This document shows, piece after piece, positions 1 to 10,149 of a stretch of DNA of 64,000 nucleotides. The DNA comes from Isurus oxyrinchus (taxonomy: Eukaryota): the NCBI GenBank assembly GCA_026770705.1, contig JANJGN010000140.1, positions 496,001 to 560,000 on the forward strand. The letters run 5' to 3'. The position numbers were made by a program, and so were the translations under genes. Below the pieces are notes generated by a model, which did not search any database, was not told the DNA's origin, and saw nothing but the letters and a program-made list of their open reading frames with translations. Position 1 is the stretch's first letter. Each line of letters starts with the position of its first letter.

Positions 1-473
1 GATTCACCAGGATGTTGCCTGGGATGAAACATTTAAGTTATGAAGAGAGGTTGGATAGGCTTGGGTTGTTTTCACTGGAGCAGAGAAGACTGAGGGGCGA
101 CCTGATCGAGGTGTACAAGATTATGAGAGGCATGAACAGGGTGGATAGGGAGCAGCTGTTCCCCTCAGTTGAAGTGTCATTCACAAGGGGGCTTAAGTTC
201 AATATGAGGGGCAGGAGGTTTAGGGGGGATGTGAGGAAAAACTCTTCTACCCAGAGGGTGGTGACGGTCTGGAATGCACTGCCTGGGAGGGTGGTGGAGT
301 TGCCTTACATCCTTTAAAAAGTACCTGGATGAGCACTTGGTACATCATAACACTCAAGGCTATGGGCCAAATGCTGGTAAATGGGATTAGGTAGGTAGGT
401 CCGGTGTTTCTCACGTGTCAGTGCAGACTCGATGGGCCGAAGGGCCTCTTCTGTGTGATTCTGTGATTCTGTG
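1..473 (+). mobile_element. CR1 LINE, 3' end of ORF2 plus 3' UTR and short tandem tail
   Basis: ORF 12-317 ([29 protein letters not shown]...TQRVVTVWNALP) is the typical CR1 ORF2 C-terminus; tail is (GATTCTGT)n. Confidence 0.92.
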
Positions 474-791
474 AACTCATTCTTAAAACAGGAATAGTGA
501 GAAATGTAGTTTGGTAGTATTTGAACCTACATCAGGGAAATCTAAAGGATTTCCAACCCATTTCCTGAGCAACTCAGCTCTGCACTCAGGCGCCATGTGC
601 CTCTTAATGCTCTGTACATAAAATCAGAGAATGGCTTTGCAGAGAATAAAGACGTGGCCCCAGCTATTCCTCGCTGCCCTGCAATTCCTCCTGCCTCTTT
701 TCGATCTTCCCTCCAGAATGGAGCACTATACTTGTCCCAAGCACACACTGAAGGATTTGGCTAAATTGACTGAAAATATGAACCATCTGAA

Positions 792-874
792 ACTCAGTGG
801 TGGGATTCAAACCCCACGCCTCCATAGAAACTGGAGCTTAAATCCAGCACCTTCAGCCATTCAGCTTCACCACC
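792..874 (-). pseudogene. tRNA-Leu pseudogene
   Basis: Reverse complement follows vertebrate tRNA-Leu (AAG/TAG type: ...AAGGTGCTGGATTTAAGCTCCAGTTTCTATGGAGGCGTGGGGTTTGAATCCCACCACTG) with substitutions in stems and T-loop. Confidence 0.8.
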
Positions 875-1430
875 ACGATCAATTCCGAAATTGTCATTGC
901 CTTGACAGAAAATTTCAATCATCCTCCACCTTGTAGCATATGGGGACTCGGTAATGGAATAGTCTCCACTGAAAAAGAAACATCCAGAAAGAAACAATTT
1001 CCTCTTGCATCTTTCCAACGTGCTTTTTCTCTCTGAACCTTTTTAATATGAAGCTACACAGCTAATGTGAATGAAGCTTGTGGTGGTAAAACTGTGTCCA
1101 CCCCCTTGTGGAACTGAACCGAATTGATTCATTCCTGATCTGATCCACTCGCTGTGCAACAAAGAAGCCCCTTTAAAATTGTAGACTTTATCTTCTGTTT
1201 CCTCTCCTCTCCGACCAACATGAATCATTTCACAGTTCCTCCCATCAAATTTCAGCTGCCACTTGTCCATCCAAATGGATTTGTTGAAGGTGCCGAAAGG
1301 AGAACCGACTCAAACTGGGAATGAAAGAGTGAGAATGAAGGAAGAGAAGTGACGGGTTTTGTGGATCCTGGGGGAAAGAGACTCCGGGATCAGTTCATTG
1401 TGACAGTTCACACAGAACAAGAAAACAACA

Positions 1431-1478
1431 TTCCCTGATGAGGGCCGAACCCGGGCGGCAGGAGTGGGAGCGCCGAAT
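1431..1478 (-). pseudogene. tRNA-Glu fragment (3' two-thirds)
   Basis: TTCCCTGA...CGAACCCGGGC.GC.G..GTG.GAGCGCCGAAT matches the reverse complement of vertebrate tRNA-Glu(CTC); 5' end lost. Confidence 0.7.
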
Positions 1479-2312
1479 AACAGCGATGTTAGTTAAAACA
1501 CAGAAGGTTTGTTCAGCCAATTACAGCATAGAGTGTGTTCAACATGAACATGAAGTTAACAGTGAGGGGAAATTGTGCCACAAGCTGCGGATGTACAACT
1601 TTCAATTTCCAAAACCCACCAACAGAATCAATGCGGCTCCTCTGAAACTTTCAAGGCATATATTGATCCTCTATCAGGTGCTTTTACCAAAACTATCCAC
1701 AGTCCTCCTAGTGTGACCTAACCAGGGCTTTGTATAGCTGCAGCAAACCTTTCCCACTTTTCTCTAACAGTCTCTGTAACAGGTTGTACAGCAAGGGGAA
1801 TTAGATTGTACAGAGCGCCTGAGAAAAATGATGACATGCTTGATCTTAGTAAACTTCTTTTGAAAGTTCGGTATGAAATCAGCTGCATAAATACATTTTT
1901 TTGGTTCAAAAACTATATGAGATTTTCGAGTCCAACTCTTGATGTTATTGGGTCAGGGAAACTTTGTTAATGATCACGCAGTGCGCGTGGGCACTGCAGA
2001 AACTCCTGCACTTCTTTCAATATTGTTTCTCTTCACTCAGAGTTTTCAAAAGGGAGCTGGACAATGACTTTAAAGCGAGAAAAACCAAGATTATGGAAAG
2101 CTCTTTGTAAAATTCTGTCATAGACACGATGGGCCGAATTGTTTCCTAATGTGCTGTGTAATCTTATGATCACATTGTTGAATCAGTCTGACTCCAGCAT
2201 TCCTATTTATAGCAGCTGAATCCATTTATTCAAAACAAAGACCCAAAGTGCTGCTGCATGGTGGCATAGGTTAACATTATGGACAAGTCCATTGTGATCC
2301 CAGCAGTGTGTC

Positions 2313-2385
2313 GTTTCTGTGGTGTAGTGAGTATCATGTGCACCTAACATACAGAAAGTCCCTCATTCGAAGCTCGGCAAAAAAG
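2313..2385 (+). pseudogene. tRNA-Val(AAC) pseudogene
   Basis: GTTTCTGTGGTGTAGTGAGTATCATGTGCACCTAACATACAGAAAGTCCCTCATTCGAAGC is colinear with tRNA-Val(AAC), with CpG-type decay. Confidence 0.78.
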
Positions 2386-3349
2386 AAGCTTTGCCAAAAG
2401 CCGTTTGTTAAGTGCTAATTTACTTGTGTTATAAAAGACAGCATCATACAGCCACTTAATAACTCTTGTCAAGGTGAATAACATCCAACAAAATAAAAAC
2501 AGCCGCCATTCCATCACACACGAACCACTGGAAGTTATTAAACATTTTCAACCGTCACTGGGCAGGTCGATTTGCAGTCAACAAAAAGGGATTATTGATG
2601 CAGATTAACATATTTACTCCCCGTCTCAAAGATTGGCTAACAGCAACCGAAGGCAGGTGCAAGGATACTGTAACTGAAACTGAGGAAATGACAGACCTGC
2701 TGCAGAATCACCTTGCATCGGTCTTCAGAATAGAGGGAGAGGAAAAACTACGATGGAGGCGAGGAAATCGAGACTCAGTGTAGGTCTGGTGACACCCCTC
2801 CTTTTCTATTCAGTTGGGAAAGAAGATACATGACCGGATTTAGGCACCAGAATGTAAAAGATGCCATGCACCTATTTGAAAGAAGAGCAGGGGAGTTTTC
2901 CCCTCTTCCTGGTCAATGTTTATCTCTCAATCAACTGTTTCCATGTATCCACAATGCATGTTCCACCCTTTTGTTTGGAAGAAGGAAACTTTTGAGAACA
3001 ATTGCTAATGTGGCAGCAACAATCTGAAGTTTTAAATGGGTACCTTGCCAGATTGCTTTGCCAACTGTTTCTAAAGCGCAATTGTTCAGTATTTGGCTAA
3101 TTAGTTGGTAGTTCGATCCATCCACGGGTGGAGTTTTCACTTTAGCAGCATTCATTCCCCCACAGCTCTGGGTTATCAGGATCCACTTTACCTGCAAGAA
3201 AATATTTCACAATCGAGGCAAGTGTTTCTGTTATTTAGTGAATTCCCATGCAAGCAATTTTTTGTCATGTATATTCACGTCAAGTTTAATGAGAAAATGA
3301 TTAGACCAACCATGTACCTATGTCTAACCCACTGGAAATCTATGAAGTC

Positions 3350-3398
3350 ATTGGATTCAAACAAACCCACTCGCTCCTCCTCCTCCAGCACCACAGTG
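3350..3398 (-). pseudogene. Candidate degenerate NAR-type J segment
   Basis: Heptamer CACTGTG (minus strand, 3398-3392) followed by AGGGGASGF/..NP, resembling xGGGTxxTVNP; lies downstream of the NAR-TCR V relic; no good nonamer or splice donor. Confidence 0.3.
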
Positions 3399-4061
3399 AG
3401 TGGGACAGGGAAAAGCAGAAAAGCAGCAATATTCTGGCCCCGCACTCTCCAATCACCTGCTGCCAGCAGAAAGCGGCGACTGCAGCTTCAATCAGTGGGT
3501 TACTGCCCATCTCTGGTACGCAAGATATTCCAACCCGGGCTAATCCTCCCAAAACACCGAGCACAGGCTCAGGAAAACACAGGTATATTATATCCTGGTC
3601 ACTAAACCTCCGAGCATCATTTACAGAATACCCAAATGAGTGAGTCACAAATAAAAGCAACGACAACGTTCTAAATATTTTCACTACAAAATTCTTTCCT
3701 TTGATTTAAAAGCTGACTGTGGTGGATCTGGAAATGAGAACCATGGGATTTACGTTATGCACTGACTGGTTTTGCATTGTTTGTCTATCAGATTTGCAAT
3801 TCAACTTGTGTTGGAGATTGAAGCGTATCTGATTTCAAAATGTGGTCACAATGCAGGTAAATATTAAATCCAGGAACAAATCCTGAGGAAAATGGATCAC
3901 AATGTTTGAAAGGAGGTGCAGCTGAGAAGCAGAAGCTGTGAATGATGTAATTGATGATTGATGGGAAAGCATTGGACCCTTGGGCTTCTGGTGGTCAATT
4001 TCCTTCTCTCCCATTGCATTCAGACACTGTGACAAGGGATATGGACATGTCATCACTACAT

Positions 4062-4117
4062 GTCCCGTTAGCTCAGTCGGTGGAGTTTAAGACCTTGAAA
4101 CATCCTCGGTTTGAGCC
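4062..4117 (+). pseudogene. tRNA-like fragment (Lys-like A box)
   Basis: GTCCCGTTAGCTCAGTCGGTGGAG...GGTTTGAGCC; internally deleted; could be a SINE head instead. Confidence 0.35.
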
Positions 4118-4624
4118 ATTCCTCCAAGGTATCACGGGGCTCAAAGTAAATCATTCTCCAGCACGCTATTATTCACATCATAATTGCAGGTTTATGAGTT
4201 AAAACTGTCACCAGCTTCACCGGAAGCACGGCAGGTATATGGCCTTGTGTACAATGAATAATGGTATTCAAAGTGGCAATTTCCATTCAAACCGCTTTAC
4301 CAGCAAAACTGCTCAGAGTCAAAGGGTTAAAATAGACACTTACTGAGGAACTGAGAGACGTGGGTGCAGTTCAAACACAATCCAGATGAGAAAGATCAGA
4401 TCTATATGATTAGGGGAGAGTATTGGAAAACTCCTGCTGAACCTGATTCACATCAAAATGAGTGAAGAGGAAAGATTGGATAGGATGGGTCTGTTTTTTT
4501 TGAACAGGGAAAGCGAAGGCCATTTAATTGAGGAATATCAAATTATAAGGATCGAGATGGAGAAGATAGAAAGGACCGATCTCCGTGAGCCGATCAATCA
4601 ATAACCAGGGACATGGATTGAGAA

Positions 4625-4830
4625 AGAAACAAATGCTCATATTTACAAAGTTCCTTTCACTACCACCGGAATCTCAAAGGGTTTTATAGGCAATTATGCA
4701 CTTTTGAAGTATATTTGCTGTTGTAATGTAGGAAATGGAGCAAACCCCCACAAACAGCAGTGCATTAATGACCAGATAATATGTTCTTGTGGTATTGATT
4801 GAGGGATAAATATTGGGCAAGACACGAGAC
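4625..4830 (-). mobile_element. SINE fragment (Deu-domain type); related copies near 20400-20715 (+), 50300-50690 (-), 58020-58340 (-)
   Basis: Shared motifs (TTTGTGGG..TTGCT, TTTCCTACATTACAACAG, TTGGCTGTAAAGC) recur in several copies. Confidence 0.6.
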
Positions 4831-4837
4831 TCTATTA

Positions 4838-5480
4838 CAGAGTCATAGAGGTCTACAGCACAGAAAAAGGCTCTTTGGCCCATCGAGTCCACGCCAGCCA
4901 AACAAGTACCTAACTATTCTAATCCCATTTTCCAGGGCGAGGCCCGTAGCCTTGTATGCCTTGGCATCACAAGTGCACGTCCAAATACTTCTTAAATGTT
5001 ATGAAGGTTTCTGCCCCTACCACCCTGTCAAGCAGGGAGTTCCAGATTTCCACCACACTTGTGGGTGAAAAAATTCTTGTTCACATCCCCTCTAAACATT
5101 TTGCCCTTACCTGAAATCTATGCTCCCTTGTTATTGATCCCTCAACCAAGGGGAAAGGTTCCGTCCTGTATACCCTATCTATGCCCCTTATAATTTTTTA
5201 CACCTCAATCAAGTTCCCCCTCAATCTCCTCTGCTCCAGGGAAAATAAGCCCAGTCTACCCAATTTCTCCTCATAACTAAAACCCTCCAGCCCAGGCAAT
5301 AAACTGGTAAATCTGCTCTGCATTCTCTCAAGTGCAATCACATCCTTCCTATAATGCGGATTCCAGAATTGCAGGCAATACTCTAGCTATGGCCTAATCA
5401 GAATTTTATGCAGTTCCAGCATAATCTCCCTGCTCTTATATTCTATGCCTAGGCTAATAAAGGCAATGATCCCATTTGCA
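4838..5480 (-). mobile_element. CR1 LINE 3' fragment
   Basis: CR1 3' UTR (TTTGGCCCATCGAGTC) and decayed ORF2 C-terminus on the minus strand. Confidence 0.85.
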
Positions 5481-5827
5481 ATTTGTGGACAGTGGTGAGT
5501 TCGCTGCTCAGGTTAGCTCAGGTCTCCATACTATAACATGTATTTAGAAGCAATGCAAGAAGCGAGCGATGGAGGTGATGCATGAAAGATTTATTGCGCT
5601 AATGCTACAACTGACAGGTGATACCTATCAAGAAATATTGAACAGGCTGGAGACGTTTAATGTGGAAATCTGAGTGAGCGGTGACTTGATCAGGGAATTT
5701 AAATCGCTTAAGTGTTTCTACACGTTAGACGGGTGGAAGATTTTTCCACTTGTGCAACGACGAAAATAAATATAACTTAGTAATGAATCTAATGTGCAGT
5801 TCAAGAGAAACTTCTTTAACCAGAGAT

Positions 5828-6000
5828 AAAGACAGAAAATGCAGGAAATACTGAGCATAACAGTATCTAGAGAATAAGAAACAGGCTCAATGTCCGTGTA
5901 ATGATCCAGTGCCATTCTAATGAAAAGACATCGACCTGAAACTATGTCTCCCTTTCCACAAACACAACAGATCTGCTTAGTGTTTCGATTCAACAATTTC
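5828..6000. mobile_element. Short Penelope-derived remnant with a decayed hammerhead-like core
   Basis: Inverted copies of the Penelope tail motif (CAGAAAATGCAGGAAATACT / AGATCTGCTTAGTGTTT) flank CTAATGAAAAGACATCGACCTGAAAC. Confidence 0.5.
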
Positions 6001-6009
6001 GACTCTCAA

Positions 6010-6340
6010 TGGCTGGATGGTAACCAGCATTCTCCGCGGGGAAGAATGCGTCCTACCAAGACGACAGGGAGATTGCTGCGCAGGCGTACTACCTAGCTGG
6101 AAGCTGAGCATGCGCAACGCGATCCCTGACTGGTACATGCGCAGTGCGAGTTGTGGCAGGAGTTCGGCGGAGAAAAGAAAAACAATCGAGTGCGGTTGAG
6201 TAATGGAGCCGCTGGGTGGGTGGAGAGGATTAGAGCCAGCGGAGTGGGCGGGGAGGATTCATAAACATCTGGTGGCGGCCTCAAACCCCCAACTACGAAC
6301 CTAGCGATTCTGCGTTTGCGCGGAACGGGACAACTGTTGG
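6010..6340. promoter_or_regulatory. CpG-rich housekeeping-type promoter-like element
   Basis: Three NRF1-like sites (TGCGCAGGCG, GCATGCGCA, CATGCGCA), GC box GGGCGGGG, ZNF143/Staf-like ACTACGAACCTAGCGATT at about 6292. Confidence 0.45.
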
Positions 6341-6344
6341 CCTG

Positions 6345-6568
6345 ATCTGGGTCACAGGCCCGACTGAGTGAAAGAGCCTGAAAATTTAACAGAGAGATTT
6401 TAATGGAGCATCAGAACCGAACCACAGAACGGATTTAAAACCCAGGACAGTGTCTGTAATAGAGATGGATACGGGCAGCTTTATATTAAATCCAAACAAT
6501 GTCGGTTTGTTTGATCGGTACTCACGGGGTAAACAGACACACACAGTGAAAAGAAGGAGGATTCCCAT
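6345..6568 (-). pseudogene. NAR-TCR V relic 1: leader exon, intron and first codons of the V exon only
   Basis: Leader MGILLLFTVCVCLP (6568-6526), GTGAGT donor, acceptor TTTTCAG at 6378; paralogous to the cassette at 18765; V body replaced by unrelated sequence. Confidence 0.75.
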
Positions 6569-6960
6569 CTGCCTGGAGCTGAGGGTTTATATTCCGGGGA
6601 GCTGGAAGACTGCAACTTTGGACTGCACTGGGAGACCGGATCTCAGAGCTGGATTGAAATACTTTAGGGGGATCGAGTAAATTTGCACAGGGCAGTTTCG
6701 CTGAGATTATTCCCGGGTCGCTGGCTAAGTGTTGTGGAAATAAGAGACAGGTTTATTAAAGGAAACTGCAACTTTCTGACCCTTCATTTGGATAGTTATC
6801 CGGATGTGAAAACCCCTCCCACAATACTCTGGTGTACAGGGGTGGGGGAGGGGAGCTTTACTTTCTGCCAGTTGTGCTGCCGCCTTCCTTTCCCCACAGT
6901 GGTGAACTGGGAGGTCGGTGCATGTGTTTGTATTGGGTGGTGTTTGTTAAAGGTGGAATG
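6569..6960 (-). promoter_or_regulatory. NAR-TCR V upstream region (paralog of 18766-19320)
   Basis: TATAAA about 20 nt upstream of the ATG; blocks 6570-6660 and 6800-6940 are conserved with the second cassette. Confidence 0.6.
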
Positions 6961-7417
6961 TGGGCCCAGGACACCGGGAGAAAGCCCCCAATCCACTCTT
7001 ACTCCAATATTCCGGAGATTCTCCCAGTCATTTAGCCAAATGCTTCCTGCACCAGCTCTGCATTTAAAATGGCGTTTAATTTGAGCCATATTTGACTTCC
7101 AGATTGGGAATATTCAGAATTTCTGTTTGCAGTAACTGAGAATGAAACGGCACTCGGGGGTACAACAGACCTTGGGGGGCTGTGCGCTTGGGTGCTCTCT
7201 TTAAAGATGACAGTCACTACATTCTGTTCTGAAAACTGTTTATGGTGTACGATTATCTCTCAACCAGCAACAGCAATACTCAATCAAATAAACCCCGTGA
7301 CAAGGCCGAAGTCAGAGGCTTCACGAAGCTGACAGCGGAGTTCGGGAAAAAGCTGCTCAACATTGCGGGCAGGTACGGAAATGCAATTAGAAGGCGAAAC
7401 GAAAATTAAGAACCGCA

Positions 7418-7741
7418 GCACGTCACACAAACACGGCCGAATTCGTCACAAAAACGCGATCAACATTACGTCACACAAACATGGCCGACAGTACATCACA
7501 CAAACCTGGCCGACAGTTTCGTCACGCAAACATGGCCGACAATACGTCACACAAACATGGCCGACCGTACGTCACAAAAACATGATCGACAGTTTCGTCA
7601 CGCAAAGATGATCTACTGTACGTCACACAAACCTGGCCGACAGCTTTGTCATACCAACATGGCCGACAGTACGTCACGCAAACATGACCGATAGTACTTC
7701 ACACAAACATGGCCGGCTGTACGTCACACAAACATGGCCGA
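7418..7741. repeat. ~25-bp minisatellite (GTACGTCACACAAACATGGCCGACA)n, about 13 copies
   Basis: Directly visible tandem units. Confidence 0.9.
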
Positions 7742-7849
7742 TGACTTGAGATGCAATATGTAAAGTTACACTTTTTTCTGCTCGTCCGGCCAACTTCTGT
7801 CAGCTTTCTTAACGTGATAAAAATGCTGCTTTGAGAATAATAATTAGTG

Positions 7850-8780
7850 TAAATCACTGTTAAGAGTCACATATAAATGTGTCGTGCACATAAACTTAGT
7901 TAACAAAAACAGGGATTTGGTCAAGAATAGTAGTAACAAAGGCACGACCTGGCGTAACATGAATAGAGGCAGGATCCATTTCAGTATTAACTGAAGCAAG
8001 GCCTGGAGCAAGGCAACTAGCAATTGGGTCTCGTGTAATGTAAACAGGAGTTTGGTTTCGAGCGGGAATAACAAAGTTAGGGCCTACCGAAATATAAGCA
8101 GATCAAGGGTAATGAGATAATAGATCAGACAGGTCTCCAGCTAACATGAACAAAGACATGGTCTAATGTAATCTACAGAAGGCCAAAGGCTATTATTTTA
8201 TAATGTGAGTACTGTCGTAGTGCAATATCAGCAGGGACGTGGCCTAGTGCAATGTAAATTCAATCATGTCCTAGTGCAGTAGAGCATAGAAAATGGCCAC
8301 TGTAATATAAACTGAGACAGAGTATCATTCAGTAGTAAATCAGGCAGGGCCTAGTGTCATACAAGCAGAGACATGTCAAATGCCGCAACAAATGAGATTG
8401 TGTCTCATGTACCTTAAACAGAGACACAGGTTATTGTAATATTAAGAGTGATATTGTGTGGTGGAACACTGAGACAGGATGTTGCTGAACACTAACGGAG
8501 ATTATCTATTACAATAATAACTGAGATGTGACCTAGGGAAACACAGAAGGATATGCATCCTCTTGCAAATAACTAGAAAAAAGGACGAATGCAACATAAA
8601 GTGGGTGTGGTCTCGTGTAATTCGACTGGGGCAGTGTCTGGTGTAATATAGACGTTAGCATTAAGATGTTGTAGTTAGTAATAACAAAAATTGTGCCTGG
8701 TGGAACATAAGTGGAGGCAATCTAATGCAGAAATAGCTAGGATATCATTTAGTGTGACAGTCCAGTGCACTAATAAATGA
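7850..8780. repeat. Degenerate AT-rich satellite (TAGTGTAATATAAACTGAGACAG-like); related tracts at 21470-21870, 48230-48600, 60770-60900
   Basis: Recurrent TAGTG(T/C)AA..TAA motif with roughly 26-bp spacing. Confidence 0.55.
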
Positions 8781-8844
8781 GTATTGCTTAATTCTCGAAT
8801 AATGGTTTATAATCAGGCACTGATCTCAAGCCACTTATCTTCTC

Positions 8845-9335
8845 ACCTATTTTGTGTCATCTGCAAATTTGACGATTGTACATTCACTTCCATCATCTAA
8901 GTCATTAATATATGGTATAAATAATTGAGGCCCCAACACTGATCCCTGTGGCTCCCCGCTAGTTACAGATTGCCATCCTGAAAATGCCCCCTTAACCCAT
9001 CTCTCTGTCTTCTATTAGTTAGCCAATCCTTTATCCATGCTGAGATATTACCCCCAAAAACGTGGGGTGTTACCTTATTAAGTAGCCTTGTGTGAAGTAC
9101 CTTACCGAACGCATTTTGGAAATTGAAATACATTACATCTACTGGTTCTCCTTTTTCAATCTTACTTGTTACCTCACCAAAGAATTAAGATTAATTTGTC
9201 AGGCACGTTTTCTCCTTCTTGAAGCCATGCTGATTCTGCTTCATTAGACTATGTACTTCTAAAGGCTTTGCTATTGCATCATTTATAAAAGACTCCAACA
9301 TTTTCCCAATGGCAGATGTTAAGCTAACTGGCCTG
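8845..9335 (-). mobile_element. CR1 RT-domain fragment
   Basis: Reverse strand encodes [13 protein letters not shown] and KFADDTK-type RT motifs. Confidence 0.85.
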
Positions 9336-9489
9336 TTTTTCTACAAACCCCAATTCCTCTGTCAGGGCAGAAATGTAAACCCCATCCCACTCCACTGCTG
9401 ATCCAACCAACATCAAAACGGGAACAGCAGCAACATACGGAACAATGGGGGAGGCGGCCGTGCGCATCGCATTCACACGTAAATCTGTC

Positions 9490-10040
9490 TTCTGCCTCTT
9501 AGCTTAAATCTCTGCCCCCTGGTTATTGACTCCTCTAATAATGGAAAAATTGCCTTCCAATCCACCCTACCTGTGCCACTCATAATCATATACATATCTC
9601 TCAGGTCCCTTTCAGCCTTCATTGCTCCAAGGAAAACAACCTGTGATGACACTTTTGGCCCTCTATCACTACCTGCCTTTTTGGGGGCCTATAGTACATA
9701 CCCAATCTCGTGTTTGCTCTTTTGGCGTTTCTTACTTGTACCTACGGGGTTTCATTTGATGACCCTTCTAAAATATGATCATTCCCCAAGATTCCTTGAT
9801 CTATGTTGCAACCCCTCCCCCATCCCGCCCACCGCCCCCCCCCCCTCCCCCACCTTCCCCCCCCCCCCCCCCCCCCCCCCCAAACCAACTCTTCTATCCC
9901 TCTCACCACCTCGTCCAAACACACTATAAGCAGGAAGGTTGAGCTGCCAATCCTGGCCATCCTTTAGCCAAGCCTTGGTCATAGCTATGATATCATGCCC
10001 TTCGTGTATATCTGGGTCCACAGCTCCTCACGCTCCTAGC
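9490..10040 (-). mobile_element. CR1 fragments (3' piece and endonuclease N-terminus) interrupted by a poly-C tract
   Basis: ORF 9779-10021 HDIIAMTKAWLKDGQDWQLNLPAYSVFGR is APE-endonuclease-like. Confidence 0.7.
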
Positions 10041-10149
10041 ATTAATTATATTCCATTTGTGTTCCATTTGAAAATGTTTAAAATGGAACATTTGAATGGA
10101 ACATTTAAAATTGAACATTTTAACAAGCACACCCAGAAATTGATTTCTG

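Noticed and set aside
2931-3197. ORF with ILITQ...NNCALE after an acceptor, as a supporting V-delta relic
   Set aside because: Wrong splice phase, no WYRQ region, and the AAGTGAAAACTCCA core recurs near 13325, suggesting a repeat terminus; too weak to call
3340-3684. 114-aa ORF with signal-peptide-like start (MKIFRTLSLLLFV)
   Set aside because: No recognisable domain or splice structure; likely a chance ORF
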